Source: an uncultured Bacilli bacterium (GTDB lineage: Bacteria; Bacillota_I; Bacilli_A; RF39; UBA660). From it: a stretch of 43,868 nucleotides of DNA. Made by a program: the position numbers and the translations under genes. Shown piece by piece: positions 17,043 to 25,939 of the stretch. Below the pieces are notes generated by a model. That model did not search any database. It was not told where the DNA came from and saw only the letters and a program-made list of their open reading frames with translations. Numbering within the stretch: position 1 is the stretch's first letter; each line of letters starts with the position of its first letter. Location: positions 1 through 43,868 of the forward strand of contig CALVYE010000001.1 in the NCBI GenBank assembly GCA_944372025.1. Direction: 5' to 3'.

Positions 17043-17879
17043 ATGGAATTTGAATTTTTTTATGAGGAAGATGAATATAGACAAGAGTTAAATCCAACAC
17101 TCGAAGAAGGCTCATCAGGAGATTATGTAATAATCTTACAAGAAAAATTAAAAATTTTAGACTATTATCTTGCCAGTATAACAGGTAATTTTGATGCTTA
17201 TACAAAAGAAGCGGTTATGAATTTTCAAGAAGATAATGATTTATTTCCAGATGGAACTGTAAATAATGAAACTTGGCAAGCTTTATATGAATTAACAGAT
17301 TATCCTGAAATAATTTCAAACGAAAAACAATCGAGACCTACTTTGAGACTTGGAAGTACAGGTCCTTATGTTATAGAACTACAAAATATTTTAAAAAATT
17401 TACTTTATTATAGTGGACCTATTAATGGTAATTTTGATACAGCAACACAAACTGCGGTAAAAAAATTTCAAACAAATAATAAACTTACTGCAGACGGTAT
17501 CGTAGGTAGAAATACTTGGAGTGCGCTTGTATCTTTGTATTCTCCCCTTGCTATTTGTAATGAAGAAAATACAGATGATAACATTTATATCGTTCAAAGT
17601 GGAGATACTTTATATTCGATTGCTAGAAGATTCGATACTACAGTTAATGATATTAAAAGACTAAATAATCTTACAAGTGATATTATATCAATTGGCCAAC
17701 AATTAATTATTCCCACAGCAGGTAGTGGTTCAGGTAATCAAATATATACTGTACAAAGTGGAGATACTTTATATTCGATTGCTAGAAGATTCGATACTAC
17801 AGTTGATGATATTAAAAGACTAAACAATCTTACAAGTGATATTATATCAATTGGCCAACAATTAATTATTCCGACTTAA
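17043..17879 (+). CDS. peptidoglycan-binding protein: 2x PG_binding_1 + 2x LysM, no signal peptide
   Basis: SD GGAGG 5 nt upstream. Two 'G..V..LQ..L...G.FD..T..AV..FQ' repeats, then two near-identical LysM modules 'YTVQSGDTLYSIARRFDTTV.DIKRLNNLTSDIISIGQQLIIPT'. Confidence 0.8.
   Translation: MEFEFFYEEDEYRQELNPTLEEGSSGDYVIILQEKLKILDYYLASITGNFDAYTKEAVMNFQEDNDLFPDGTVNNETWQALYELTDYPEIISNEKQSRPTLRLGSTGPYVIELQNILKNLLYYSGPINGNFDTATQTAVKKFQTNNKLTADGIVGRNTWSALVSLYSPLAICNEENTDDNIYIVQSGDTLYSIARRFDTTVNDIKRLNNLTSDIISIGQQLIIPTAGSGSGNQIYTVQSGDTLYSIARRFDTTVDDIKRLNNLTSDIISIGQQLIIPT
17595..17873 (+). repeat. tandem ~120-bp near-identical direct repeat (period 159 bp) encoding the two LysM modules
   Basis: 17595-17714 and 17754-17873 differ at only about 3 positions (gttaatgat/gttgatgat, aaataat/aaacaat, cccac/ccgac). 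Confidence 0.85.
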
Positions 17880-17883
17880 TATT

Positions 17884-17920
17884 AAAAAACTGCTTATTTT
17901 CCAAAATAAACAGTTTTTTT
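17884..17920. terminator. bidirectional terminator between the convergent LysM gene and aspS
   Basis: aaaaaactgcttatttt / aaaataaacagtttttt inverted repeat with one mismatch. An A-run and a T-run flank it on both sides. Confidence 0.6.
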
Positions 17921-17922
17921 AT

Positions 17923-19677
17923 TTATCTAAGTTTAATATGTACTTCCCTTAATTGTGTTTCACTTATTTCACTTGGAGAGCCCATCATCAAATCTTGTGC
18001 ACTTGCATTCATTGGGAAAGCAATAACATTTCTTATATTATCTTCGTCTTTTAAAAGCATCAACATTCTATCAATTCCAATGGCCATACCTGCATGAGGT
18101 GGTGCAGCAAAATGGAATGCATTATATAATGAAGCAAACTTAGTTTTTAATTCGTTTTCATCATATCCAGCCACTTCAAAAGCTTTTTTCATAATCTCTA
18201 CATCATGGTTACGTACTGCTCCACTTACTAATTCTACTCCATTACATACAACATCGTATTGATATGCCAAAATATCTTCAGGTTTTTTATTACTTAAATC
18301 ATCTAAACCACCTTGAGGCATTGAAAATGGATTATGAGTAAACTCATATTTTTCTAATTCATCATCCCATTCATACATTGGAAAATCTACAATAAAACAT
18401 AATTCAAAACTATCTTTATCTATAAGTTCTAGCTTTCTTCCTAATTCATCACGAATCATACCCGCAAATTTACAAGCTACTTTTTCTTTTTTATCTGCGA
18501 TAAAGAAAAGTACACTACCTTTTTTTAATGAAGCTTTATTAATTAAATTTTGTCTTTCTTCATCAGTTAAAAATTTATCGATAGGACCTTTGAAAGTCAT
18601 ATCATCATTAACAGATATATATCCTATTCCAGGCATTCCTATACTACTTGCATAATCTACTAATTCATTGAACCAAGAATTTGATTTTTGAGCTAAATCA
18701 TGAACAGTTATACCTCTTACAGTTGAATCTTTAAAAGGTTTAAAAGTAGTATTTTCAAATTCTTTAGTTAAGTCTATAATTTCTAAAGGATTTCTTAAAT
18801 CGGGTTTATCAGTGCCATACTTTAACATAGCTTTAGCATATGGAATCCTTTTAAAGTTATCACTAACTTTTTTATTGCTGAACTTTTTAAAAATTTCTTT
18901 TAAAACTTTTTCTAAAACTTCATATACATCTTCTGCTGTTGCAAAACTCATTTCCATATCTAATTGATAAAATTCTCCTGCTGTTCTATCAGCTCTTGCA
19001 TCTTCATCTCTAAAACAAGGTGCGATTTGATAATATTTATCGAATCCTGATACCATTAATAATTGTTTAAAAATTTGAGGAGCTTGAGGTAAAGCATAAA
19101 ATTTACCTGGATATTTTCTTGATGGTACAACAAAATCACGTGCTCCCTCAGGACTTGATGCGGTAAGTATTGGAGTTTGAATTTCCATAAATCCTAAATC
19201 TTCCATTAAATTTCTCGCATATTTTATTACATTACTTCTAAAAATAATATTTTCATGCATTGTTTCGCGACGTAAATCTAAGTAACGATATTTTAATCTT
19301 AAGTCTTCTTTAACTTCTTTATCTGGATAAATTTCAAAAGGAAGACTTTGTAGAGGTTTAGATAAAACATCTATTTTTGAAGCTACAAGCTCAATTTTAC
19401 CTGTTTTAATTTTATCGTTTATTGTGTCATCGCTTCTTTTACGAATTATACCTTCTACACTAAGAGTTGACTCTTTACTAATATGTTCTGCTAAAGTCAT
19501 TAATTCTTTATTATGCTCATCAATAACTACTTGCATCATTCCATAATGATCTGCAACATCCAAAAATAATATTCCGCCGTGGTCTCTATAGTTTCTTAAG
19601 AAAACAGCAATAATTACATTTTTACCAATATCATTTTCAGATAATTCACCACAAGTATATGTTCTATATTTATTCAT
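17923..19677 (-). CDS. aspS: aspartate--tRNA ligase (bacterial type)
   Basis: Class II motifs 'FRDEDARADR', 'QLDMEMSF' and 'GGLDDL...GMAIGIDR'. 584 aa with a GAD insertion. SD GAGGAGG lies in the 14-nt gap after gatB. Confidence 0.93.
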   Translation of the reverse strand: MNKYRTYTCGELSENDIGKNVIIAVFLRNYRDHGGILFLDVADHYGMMQVVIDEHNKELMTLAEHISKESTLSVEGIIRKRSDDTINDKIKTGKIELVASKIDVLSKPLQSLPFEIYPDKEVKEDLRLKYRYLDLRRETMHENIIFRSNVIKYARNLMEDLGFMEIQTPILTASSPEGARDFVVPSRKYPGKFYALPQAPQIFKQLLMVSGFDKYYQIAPCFRDEDARADRTAGEFYQLDMEMSFATAEDVYEVLEKVLKEIFKKFSNKKVSDNFKRIPYAKAMLKYGTDKPDLRNPLEIIDLTKEFENTTFKPFKDSTVRGITVHDLAQKSNSWFNELVDYASSIGMPGIGYISVNDDMTFKGPIDKFLTDEERQNLINKASLKKGSVLFFIADKKEKVACKFAGMIRDELGRKLELIDKDSFELCFIVDFPMYEWDDELEKYEFTHNPFSMPQGGLDDLSNKKPEDILAYQYDVVCNGVELVSGAVRNHDVEIMKKAFEVAGYDENELKTKFASLYNAFHFAAPPHAGMAIGIDRMLMLLKDEDNIRNVIAFPMNASAQDLMMGSPSEISETQLREVHIKLR

Positions 19678-19691
19678 TAAAATTCCTCCTC

Positions 19692-21140
19692 TTAAGATTT
19701 ATCTTTTAGCTTCATTAGTTCTTCTTTAATTAAATCCATTGCAGCTTTAGGATTTGCTTTACCACGAGTTTTCTTCATTATTTGACCTACAAAGAAATCG
19801 ACAGTTCTTCCTTTTTTTGGATCATAACTTAACGCAAGTTCCATATTTTCATTTATAACTTCTTTTATTACTGAAAGAATTTCATCTGTATTAGTTATTT
19901 GTTCCATATTATTTTCTTTAATTACTACACTAGGTTTTTTATTTTCATCTATACATTTATAAAATACATCTTTAGCTTGTTTAGATGAAATAGTTCCTTT
20001 ATTTATGTAAGTAATAAGTTCTACTAAATCATCGGTAGTAAATGTACAATCATTGATACTTATTTCCTCTTTATTTACATGACCTAATATACGTGTATTA
20101 ATCCAGTTAGCTGCCATTTTAGGATCGATACCTTTACTTATTACTTCTTCAAAATATAAAGCTGTTTCTATATTTTTAGTCAAAATTGAAGCATCGTATA
20201 GTGATAATTCGTAGTCTTTCATATATTTTTGAATTCTATCAAATTGTAACATAGGTAGCTTTTCTCTTAATTCATTTATTAATTTATCTGTAATTTTATA
20301 TGGTGGAATGTTTGGTTCTACGTAATATTTATAATCTACACCTTCTACTTTTTCACGCATTCTATATGTTTTACATGTAGTATCATCATATCTACGTGTT
20401 TCCATTATAATAGTTCCACCCTCATCTAATATTTCGCTTTGTCTTTTTATTTCATAAAGAATAGCGTCTTTAACATTACTAAATGAATTTATATTTTTCA
20501 TTTCAACTTTAGTTCCAAGTTTTTCAGAGTTTTTAGGCGCAAGTGAAATATTGACATCACATCTCATTTGTCCTCTATCTGTTCTCGCTTCACTTATACC
20601 CGTATAAAGAAATATTCTTCTTAAGGAATCTAGAAAAGCCAAAGCTTCATCCGCACTATGAATACATGGTTCTGTTACTGTTTCAAGTAATGGTATTCCA
20701 CTTCTATTATAATCAATTAGTGAATAAGTTTCATAATGGTCTAAACTAGCAGTATCTTCTTCTAGATGGATATCGTGTATATCTATTTTTTTAACTTCAT
20801 CATTTACATAAACATTTATATAACCATTTACACCTACAGGTTCAGTAGCTTGAGTTATTTGATAACCTTTTGGTAAGTCTGGATAATAATAGTTTTTTCT
20901 ATCAAAGTACATGTAATTTGGCAATTTACAGTTAAGCGCCATAGCCATCATAATAGATTTTTTTACTGCTTCCATATTTGCGATTGGAAGTATTCCTGGG
21001 AATCCCATATCTACTTCGCTAATATTTTCATTTGGAGTTTCGTTGTAATTATTAGGTGATGGTGAAAACATTTTAGTATTGGTTTTAACTTCGCAGTGAA
21101 CTTCAAGTCCTATTGTAACTTCATATTTATCGTTCATCAT
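19692..21140 (-). CDS. gatB: Asp/Glu-tRNA amidotransferase subunit B
   Basis: 'YEVTIGLEVHCEVKT', 'FDRKNYYYPDLPKGYQITQ' and a C-terminal YqeY-like tail. Overlaps the gatA end by 14 nt. Confidence 0.95.
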   Translation of the reverse strand: MMNDKYEVTIGLEVHCEVKTNTKMFSPSPNNYNETPNENISEVDMGFPGILPIANMEAVKKSIMMAMALNCKLPNYMYFDRKNYYYPDLPKGYQITQATEPVGVNGYINVYVNDEVKKIDIHDIHLEEDTASLDHYETYSLIDYNRSGIPLLETVTEPCIHSADEALAFLDSLRRIFLYTGISEARTDRGQMRCDVNISLAPKNSEKLGTKVEMKNINSFSNVKDAILYEIKRQSEILDEGGTIIMETRRYDDTTCKTYRMREKVEGVDYKYYVEPNIPPYKITDKLINELREKLPMLQFDRIQKYMKDYELSLYDASILTKNIETALYFEEVISKGIDPKMAANWINTRILGHVNKEEISINDCTFTTDDLVELITYINKGTISSKQAKDVFYKCIDENKKPSVVIKENNMEQITNTDEILSVIKEVINENMELALSYDPKKGRTVDFFVGQIMKKTRGKANPKAAMDLIKEELMKLKDKS

Positions 21141-22617
21141 TTACACCTCCCGCAATTTGATTTTTATAGTTCATAGTAGATTCAAGCGCATAAGCTATGT
21201 TTAAAACATCTAAATCTTTTTTTACTCCACTAGTAATAGAAAGTCCAATTGGCATATTTTTAACAAATCCGCAAGGTATAGTTATACTTGGAAATCCTCC
21301 AAAATTACCTATAGCCATATGATTTTCTAATAGTAAGTATCTATCGGATAATTTATCGATAGTTTCGGATCTAAAAGTAGGTGCGATACTTCCACTTGCA
21401 GGTAAAATCATCCCATCATATTCTTTAAATAGTTCGGTCATTTTTTCAACTATTATTCTTCTAATTCTTCCTGCATTTAAAAATAATTTTTCTTGGTTTT
21501 CTTTTTGTAATATATAGCTACCTAATACAAATCTTCTTTTTATAAGTTCAGAGAAACCTTCGGTTCTGGAATTAAACATAACTTCATCTATGCTTTTTCC
21601 TTTACTTCTTGGTCCAAAAGGTATTCCTGTGAGATTTGAATTATTACTTGTAGCTTCCGCACATGAAATTGTTATGTATGTAGGAAAAATAGCCTTTAAA
21701 ATTTCTTTATCGAAATCCACTTCTTCTACTTCCATACCAAGATTTTTGCATTTGTCAATTATTTCATCAAAATTATTTAGAATTTCATCTAACTCTTCAT
21801 CCATACTATCTTTATAATTATCTCTATTTACAATTTCTTTTAGATAAAATAATTTTTTACCTTTGACATTTCCATCAAGATGTTCACTAAATTTAATATT
21901 ATCATCGGGTAATGATGTCATATCTTTTTCATCTTTACCTTTAATTGCATCGATAACATATGCAACATCACTAACATTTCTCGTAAAACAACCGACATGA
22001 TCTAAACTTGAAGCAAAAGCAAATAAACCAAATCTACTTACTAATCCATATGTTGGCTTATATCCTACAATTCCACCATATGCGGCAGGCTTTCTAATAG
22101 AATCCCCTGTATCACTTCCTATACTAAAAGGTACTATACCTGCTGCTACTGAAGATGCAGAACCTGCACTAGAACCACCAATTAAACGACTTTTATCCCA
22201 TGGGTTTTTTACAGGTCCTGTATGTCCTGTTGTTCCTGTACCTCCCATTGCAAGTTCATCAAGTACAGTTTTCCCAATTAAAATCGCTCCTTTTGAATAT
22301 AGTTTATTTACTGAAGTAGCATTAAAAAATGGCACATAATCTTTTAAAATATTTGATGAAGCTGTAGATAAAATTCCTTTTGTAGAAAAATTATCTTTTA
22401 AAGCGTATGGAATACCTTTTAAAGGGTTATCTTCAACACTATCTAAATTTTCTAATTGATTTAAGGCATTCTTTTCTGTAAGTGTTACAAAAGAATTTAT
22501 ATCTTTTTGATATTTATGAGCTCTTTCAAAGCTTTCTTTCGCTAAAGATGTAGGAGTTACTTTTCCTTCATCTATAGCTTTTTTCATTTCACTAATACTT
22601 AAATCTAAATAACTCAC
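21127..22617 (-). CDS. gatA: Asp/Glu-tRNA amidotransferase subunit A (amidase signature)
   Basis: Amidase signature 'GGSSAGSASSVAAG...GSDTGDSIRKPA'. Abuts the gatC stop. Confidence 0.95.
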   Translation of the reverse strand: MSYLDLSISEMKKAIDEGKVTPTSLAKESFERAHKYQKDINSFVTLTEKNALNQLENLDSVEDNPLKGIPYALKDNFSTKGILSTASSNILKDYVPFFNATSVNKLYSKGAILIGKTVLDELAMGGTGTTGHTGPVKNPWDKSRLIGGSSAGSASSVAAGIVPFSIGSDTGDSIRKPAAYGGIVGYKPTYGLVSRFGLFAFASSLDHVGCFTRNVSDVAYVIDAIKGKDEKDMTSLPDDNIKFSEHLDGNVKGKKLFYLKEIVNRDNYKDSMDEELDEILNNFDEIIDKCKNLGMEVEEVDFDKEILKAIFPTYITISCAEATSNNSNLTGIPFGPRSKGKSIDEVMFNSRTEGFSELIKRRFVLGSYILQKENQEKLFLNAGRIRRIIVEKMTELFKEYDGMILPASGSIAPTFRSETIDKLSDRYLLLENHMAIGNFGGFPSITIPCGFVKNMPIGLSITSGVKKDLDVLNIAYALESTMNYKNQIAGGVNDER

Positions 22618-22908
22618 TTAATCCACCACCTTTGGAACTTTTACTTCTCTACCTTTTATATCTTTAGCATTACTAAGTGCATCTAAATATGAAACCGTAC
22701 GAGTGTCTTCATCATTTCTATATTCCACATCATCAAGTTCAAAAGGGAAAGTCATAGGTTTCACACCCTTTATTTCTTCGATTTCGCCAATTAAATCCAT
22801 TTGTTTTAAAATAACATCGAATTCTTTAGCTAAAGTCTCATATTCATCATCATTCATATCAAACATTAATTTATTAGCATAACTCTTCAATAATTCTTTT
22901 GAAATCAT
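22618..22908 (-). CDS. gatC: Asp/Glu-tRNA amidotransferase subunit C
   Basis: Small acidic protein immediately preceding gatA. I placed the start at MISKELL, 9 nt after AAAGGA. The earlier ATG (22917) directly abuts the SD. Confidence 0.85.
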   Translation of the reverse strand: MISKELLKSYANKLMFDMNDDEYETLAKEFDVILKQMDLIGEIEEIKGVKPMTFPFELDDVEYRNDEDTRTVSYLDALSNAKDIKGREVKVPKVVD

Positions 22909-22930
22909 TTTTATCATCCTTTCTTAATTA

Positions 22931-24316
22931 CTAAAATTCACAATTACCTGGAGTTCTTGGAAATGGAATTACATCACGTATATTTTCTACTCCTGTTAAA
23001 TACATAAGTAATCTTTCAAATCCTACACCGAATCCCGAATGATATACTCCACCATATTTTCTTAAATCTAAATACCATTCCATACCGTTTTCTGCTACTC
23101 CAAGTTCCTTCATACGTTTTACAAGTAAATCTATTCTCTCTTCTCTTTGACTACCACCCATTAATTCTCCTGAACCAGGTACTAAAAGGTCAACGGCCGC
23201 AACAGTTTTATTATCATTGTTAAGTCTCATATAAAAGGCTTTAATATCTTTAGGCCAATCTGTAATAAATACAGGACTTTTAAAATGTTCTTCAGTAAGA
23301 TATTTTTCGTGTTCTGTAGCAATATCTTCATCATAATTAGGTTCAAATTCAAATTTTTTGTTTGATTTTTTTAAAATATCTATAGCTTCTTTATGTGTAA
23401 TACGCACAAAATTACTTGTTAAAATCTTATTAAGTCTTTGTTTTAATCCTTTATCTACAAAGTTATTAAAAAATTCTATTTCGCTAGGACATTTTTCTAA
23501 TACATATTTTACGATAAATTTAAGTAAATCTTCTTCAATATCCATACATCCTTTTAAATCACAGAATGCCATTTCAGGTTCTATCATCCAAAATTCAGAT
23601 GCATGCGTTTTAGTGTGAGAATTTTCTGCCCTAAATGTTGGTCCAAAAGTATAAATGTTTTTAAACGCCATTGCGAAAGCTTCACCTTGTAATTGACCAG
23701 AAACAGTAAGTGAGGTTTGTTTTCCAAAAAAATCTTTTTTGTAATCTATAGTTCCATCAGTATTTCTAGGAAGCTTATCTAAATCTAAAGTTGTTACTTG
23801 AAACATTTCTCCCGCACCCTCACAGTCACTTCCTGTAATTAGTGGAGAGTGTAAATAAATATATCCTCTATCTTGAAAATATGTGTGTATTGCCATAGCT
23901 GCAACACTTCTTACTCTAAATACAGCTTGAAATAAATTAGTTCTAGGTCTTAAATATGAAATACTTCTTAAAAATTCTTGAGTATGACGTTTAGGTTGTA
24001 TTGGATAATTTTCAGGAGAATCACCTAATAATTCTATATTATGTGCTTTAAATTCATATGCTTGACCTTTTGCAGGAGAAGAAATTAGTTTACCCTTAAC
24101 TCTGATTGATGAGCCCACTCTCATTTTAATAATTTCATCAAAGTTAGCTGTATTATCATACACTACTTGTAAAGTTTTAAAGTTAGTACCATCAGAAAAG
24201 TCCAAAAAACCAAATTCTTTTTGTTTTCTATGATTTCTAATCCATCCTTCTAAGACAATGTCTTTACCTACAAAATTTTCCATATCTTTATATAAATCAT
24301 TTAAATTAACCAACAT
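22931..24316 (-). CDS. asnS: asparagine--tRNA ligase
   Basis: 'GWIRNHR' OB-fold start and class II motifs 'FRAENSHTKTHASEFWMIEPEMAF' and 'GFGVGFERL'. I placed the start at MLVNLN (SD AAAGGA); the longer ORF-track start would run into the T-box terminator. Confidence 0.93.
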   Translation of the reverse strand: MLVNLNDLYKDMENFVGKDIVLEGWIRNHRKQKEFGFLDFSDGTNFKTLQVVYDNTANFDEIIKMRVGSSIRVKGKLISSPAKGQAYEFKAHNIELLGDSPENYPIQPKRHTQEFLRSISYLRPRTNLFQAVFRVRSVAAMAIHTYFQDRGYIYLHSPLITGSDCEGAGEMFQVTTLDLDKLPRNTDGTIDYKKDFFGKQTSLTVSGQLQGEAFAMAFKNIYTFGPTFRAENSHTKTHASEFWMIEPEMAFCDLKGCMDIEEDLLKFIVKYVLEKCPSEIEFFNNFVDKGLKQRLNKILTSNFVRITHKEAIDILKKSNKKFEFEPNYDEDIATEHEKYLTEEHFKSPVFITDWPKDIKAFYMRLNNDNKTVAAVDLLVPGSGELMGGSQREERIDLLVKRMKELGVAENGMEWYLDLRKYGGVYHSGFGVGFERLLMYLTGVENIRDVIPFPRTPGNCEF

Positions 24317-24354
24317 TTTTATCATCCTTTCTTTACAATAAAAAAAGTTAATGA

Positions 24355-24572
24355 ACAAAGGGGTGAATAATCACGGTACCACCCTTTTTTATCATTAACT
24401 GATATCTCTTAATTTTAACGGATTCATCCGACTTAAACTACTATTATTTCATCTAAGTAACTAGTAGGTGTTATTCATATTAAGCTTATTATTAGGTTCT
24501 CACTATCCCTAACTCACTTTAAACAGTTTTTAATACTACTTCTCCTCATTATCGCCTTTCTTTTTTAATATG
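24355..24572 (-). promoter_or_regulatory. T-box leader (tRNA-sensing riboswitch), probable Asn specifier AAC
   Basis: The minus strand contains the conserved T-box core AAAAAGGGTGGTACCGTG (core at 24372-24384), followed by a GGGTG...CACCCC terminator and TTTGTT. The stem I base AGTAG...CTACT brackets a specifier-loop 3' side, GAATAACAC, in which AAC (24470-24472) is followed by the usual purine. Confidence 0.85.
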
Positions 24573-24577
24573 TTCTA

Positions 24578-24606
24578 ATTATATTCTTTTATTTATTGGT
24601 TGTCAA
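24578..24606 (-). promoter_or_regulatory. sigma-A type promoter of the T-box/asnS operon
   Basis: The minus strand has TTGACA (24601-24606), a 17-nt spacer and TATAAT (24578-24583). Both hexamers match consensus. Confidence 0.8.
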
Positions 24607-24642
24607 CTTTTAAATATAATTTATATTTGTAATTGAAAATAA

Positions 24643-25242
24643 TTAATCTTCTTCTATTATCTTTTTTACTTCTTTTTTAATATTTTTAGTTATGTCTTTT
24701 ATATTTTTATGTAATATTGCGCATTCAACAATATCTAATATTGAATAAATTATCAAAAATAGTCCTATAACTTTAGTTATTACTAAAGCACCCGCAAAAG
24801 GATTGAATACTAAGATAAGACCCCATACTAAAGTTAATAGACCAATTACTAAAGTTGGTATCCAAGCATGATTTTCATATTTTTTTAAATCGAGTGAATA
24901 TTGAATTTTTATAACACTATTTACAATAACCCAGAAACCTAAGACAAAAGGAATTATGGTTGCTAAAGCATTGGGGTTTAATATAATAATAATTCCAAAT
25001 ATGATACTTAAAATTCCATAAATTAGGCTGAAATCTATTCCTATTTCTTTATCTCTTTGAAAATATTTTGCAAAGGAAAAAGCACCTAACAATAATATTA
25101 TAATTCCTAAAGTATATGAAATTGTTGCGATTGTAGTTTCAGGTTTAAAAAATAAAAACATTCCTAGTGCGATAAATACTACTGAAGTTATAATTGAAGT
25201 AGTAAAAAATTTATTAAAATTTTTCCTCATTGATTCTAACAT
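24643..25242 (-). CDS. HdeD/DUF308-family membrane protein
   Basis: Six hydrophobic helices with the repeated pattern 'G....I..GIL.IIFGI..L..P'. I placed the start at MLESMRK, after GAAGGTGA; the ORF-track start is a TTG. Confidence 0.6.
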   Translation of the reverse strand: MLESMRKNFNKFFTTSIITSVVFIALGMFLFFKPETTIATISYTLGIIILLLGAFSFAKYFQRDKEIGIDFSLIYGILSIIFGIIIILNPNALATIIPFVLGFWVIVNSVIKIQYSLDLKKYENHAWIPTLVIGLLTLVWGLILVFNPFAGALVITKVIGLFLIIYSILDIVECAILHKNIKDITKNIKKEVKKIIEED

Positions 25243-25276
25243 ATAATCACCTTCCAATTATCATTATACCATATAT

Positions 25277-25891
25277 TTAATTTATTTTTTTATATTTATT
25301 TTGCTTAGAAAATTCACATCCACAGTAATCTTGTCTATATAAATTATATTCTCTTGATAATTCTATACTTCTTTTATATCCGTTTTTCTTTTTAAAGTCA
25401 GAAAATAAATATTTTACATTATACTTATCTTGTAAAGATTCTCCTATTTCATTTAATTTATTTGAATTTTTATAAGGACTTACTGTTAAAGTTGTACCGA
25501 AGTAATCAAATCTTTTTTCTTTAGCAAGCCTTGCTGTTTTTTCAAGTCTTAAATTATAACATTTAAAACATCTATTTCCGCCCTCAATATCACTTTCTAG
25601 TCCTTTAGAAATTTCTAAAAATTTATCATTATCGTAACTATCTTCAATATATTCTACTTTATATTTTGTTTTTAAATTTTTAATGAATCTTTTTTGTTCT
25701 TCTTTTCGTTTTATATATTCTTCTTCAGGAGATATATTTGGATTATAATAAAAAACCGTTATTTTAAAATAGTTAGATAAATATTCTAATACATAACTAC
25801 TGCATGGAGCACAACAACTATGAAGTAATAAAGTTTCTCCATTTATATTTTCTAAAATTTTATCTAATACTAATTGATAATTTGTTTTCAT
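25277..25891 (-). CDS. queH: epoxyqueuosine reductase QueH (DUF208)
   Basis: 'LLLHSCCAPCSSYVLEYL', 'FYYNPNI.PEEEY' and C-terminal 'YCGCEFS', the characteristic Cys pattern of QueH. Confidence 0.85.
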   Translation of the reverse strand: MKTNYQLVLDKILENINGETLLLHSCCAPCSSYVLEYLSNYFKITVFYYNPNISPEEEYIKRKEEQKRFIKNLKTKYKVEYIEDSYDNDKFLEISKGLESDIEGGNRCFKCYNLRLEKTARLAKEKRFDYFGTTLTVSPYKNSNKLNEIGESLQDKYNVKYLFSDFKKKNGYKRSIELSREYNLYRQDYCGCEFSKQNKYKKIN

Positions 25892-25939
25892 AAAATCACC
25901 AAAGATATTATATCATTTTCTTAAAAAATATAAAGTTTT

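Noticed and set aside
17595-17873. Near-identical 120-bp repeats considered as a mobile-element or IS remnant
   Set aside because: Both copies are in frame within one CDS and each encodes a complete LysM module. There are no terminal inverted repeats or transposase. This is a domain duplication.
24317-24358. Longer asnS start (MFINFFYCKERMIK...) from the ORF track
   Set aside because: The extra codons abut the T-box terminator and its T-tail and lack an SD. The ATG at 24316 is preceded by AAAGGA at proper spacing.
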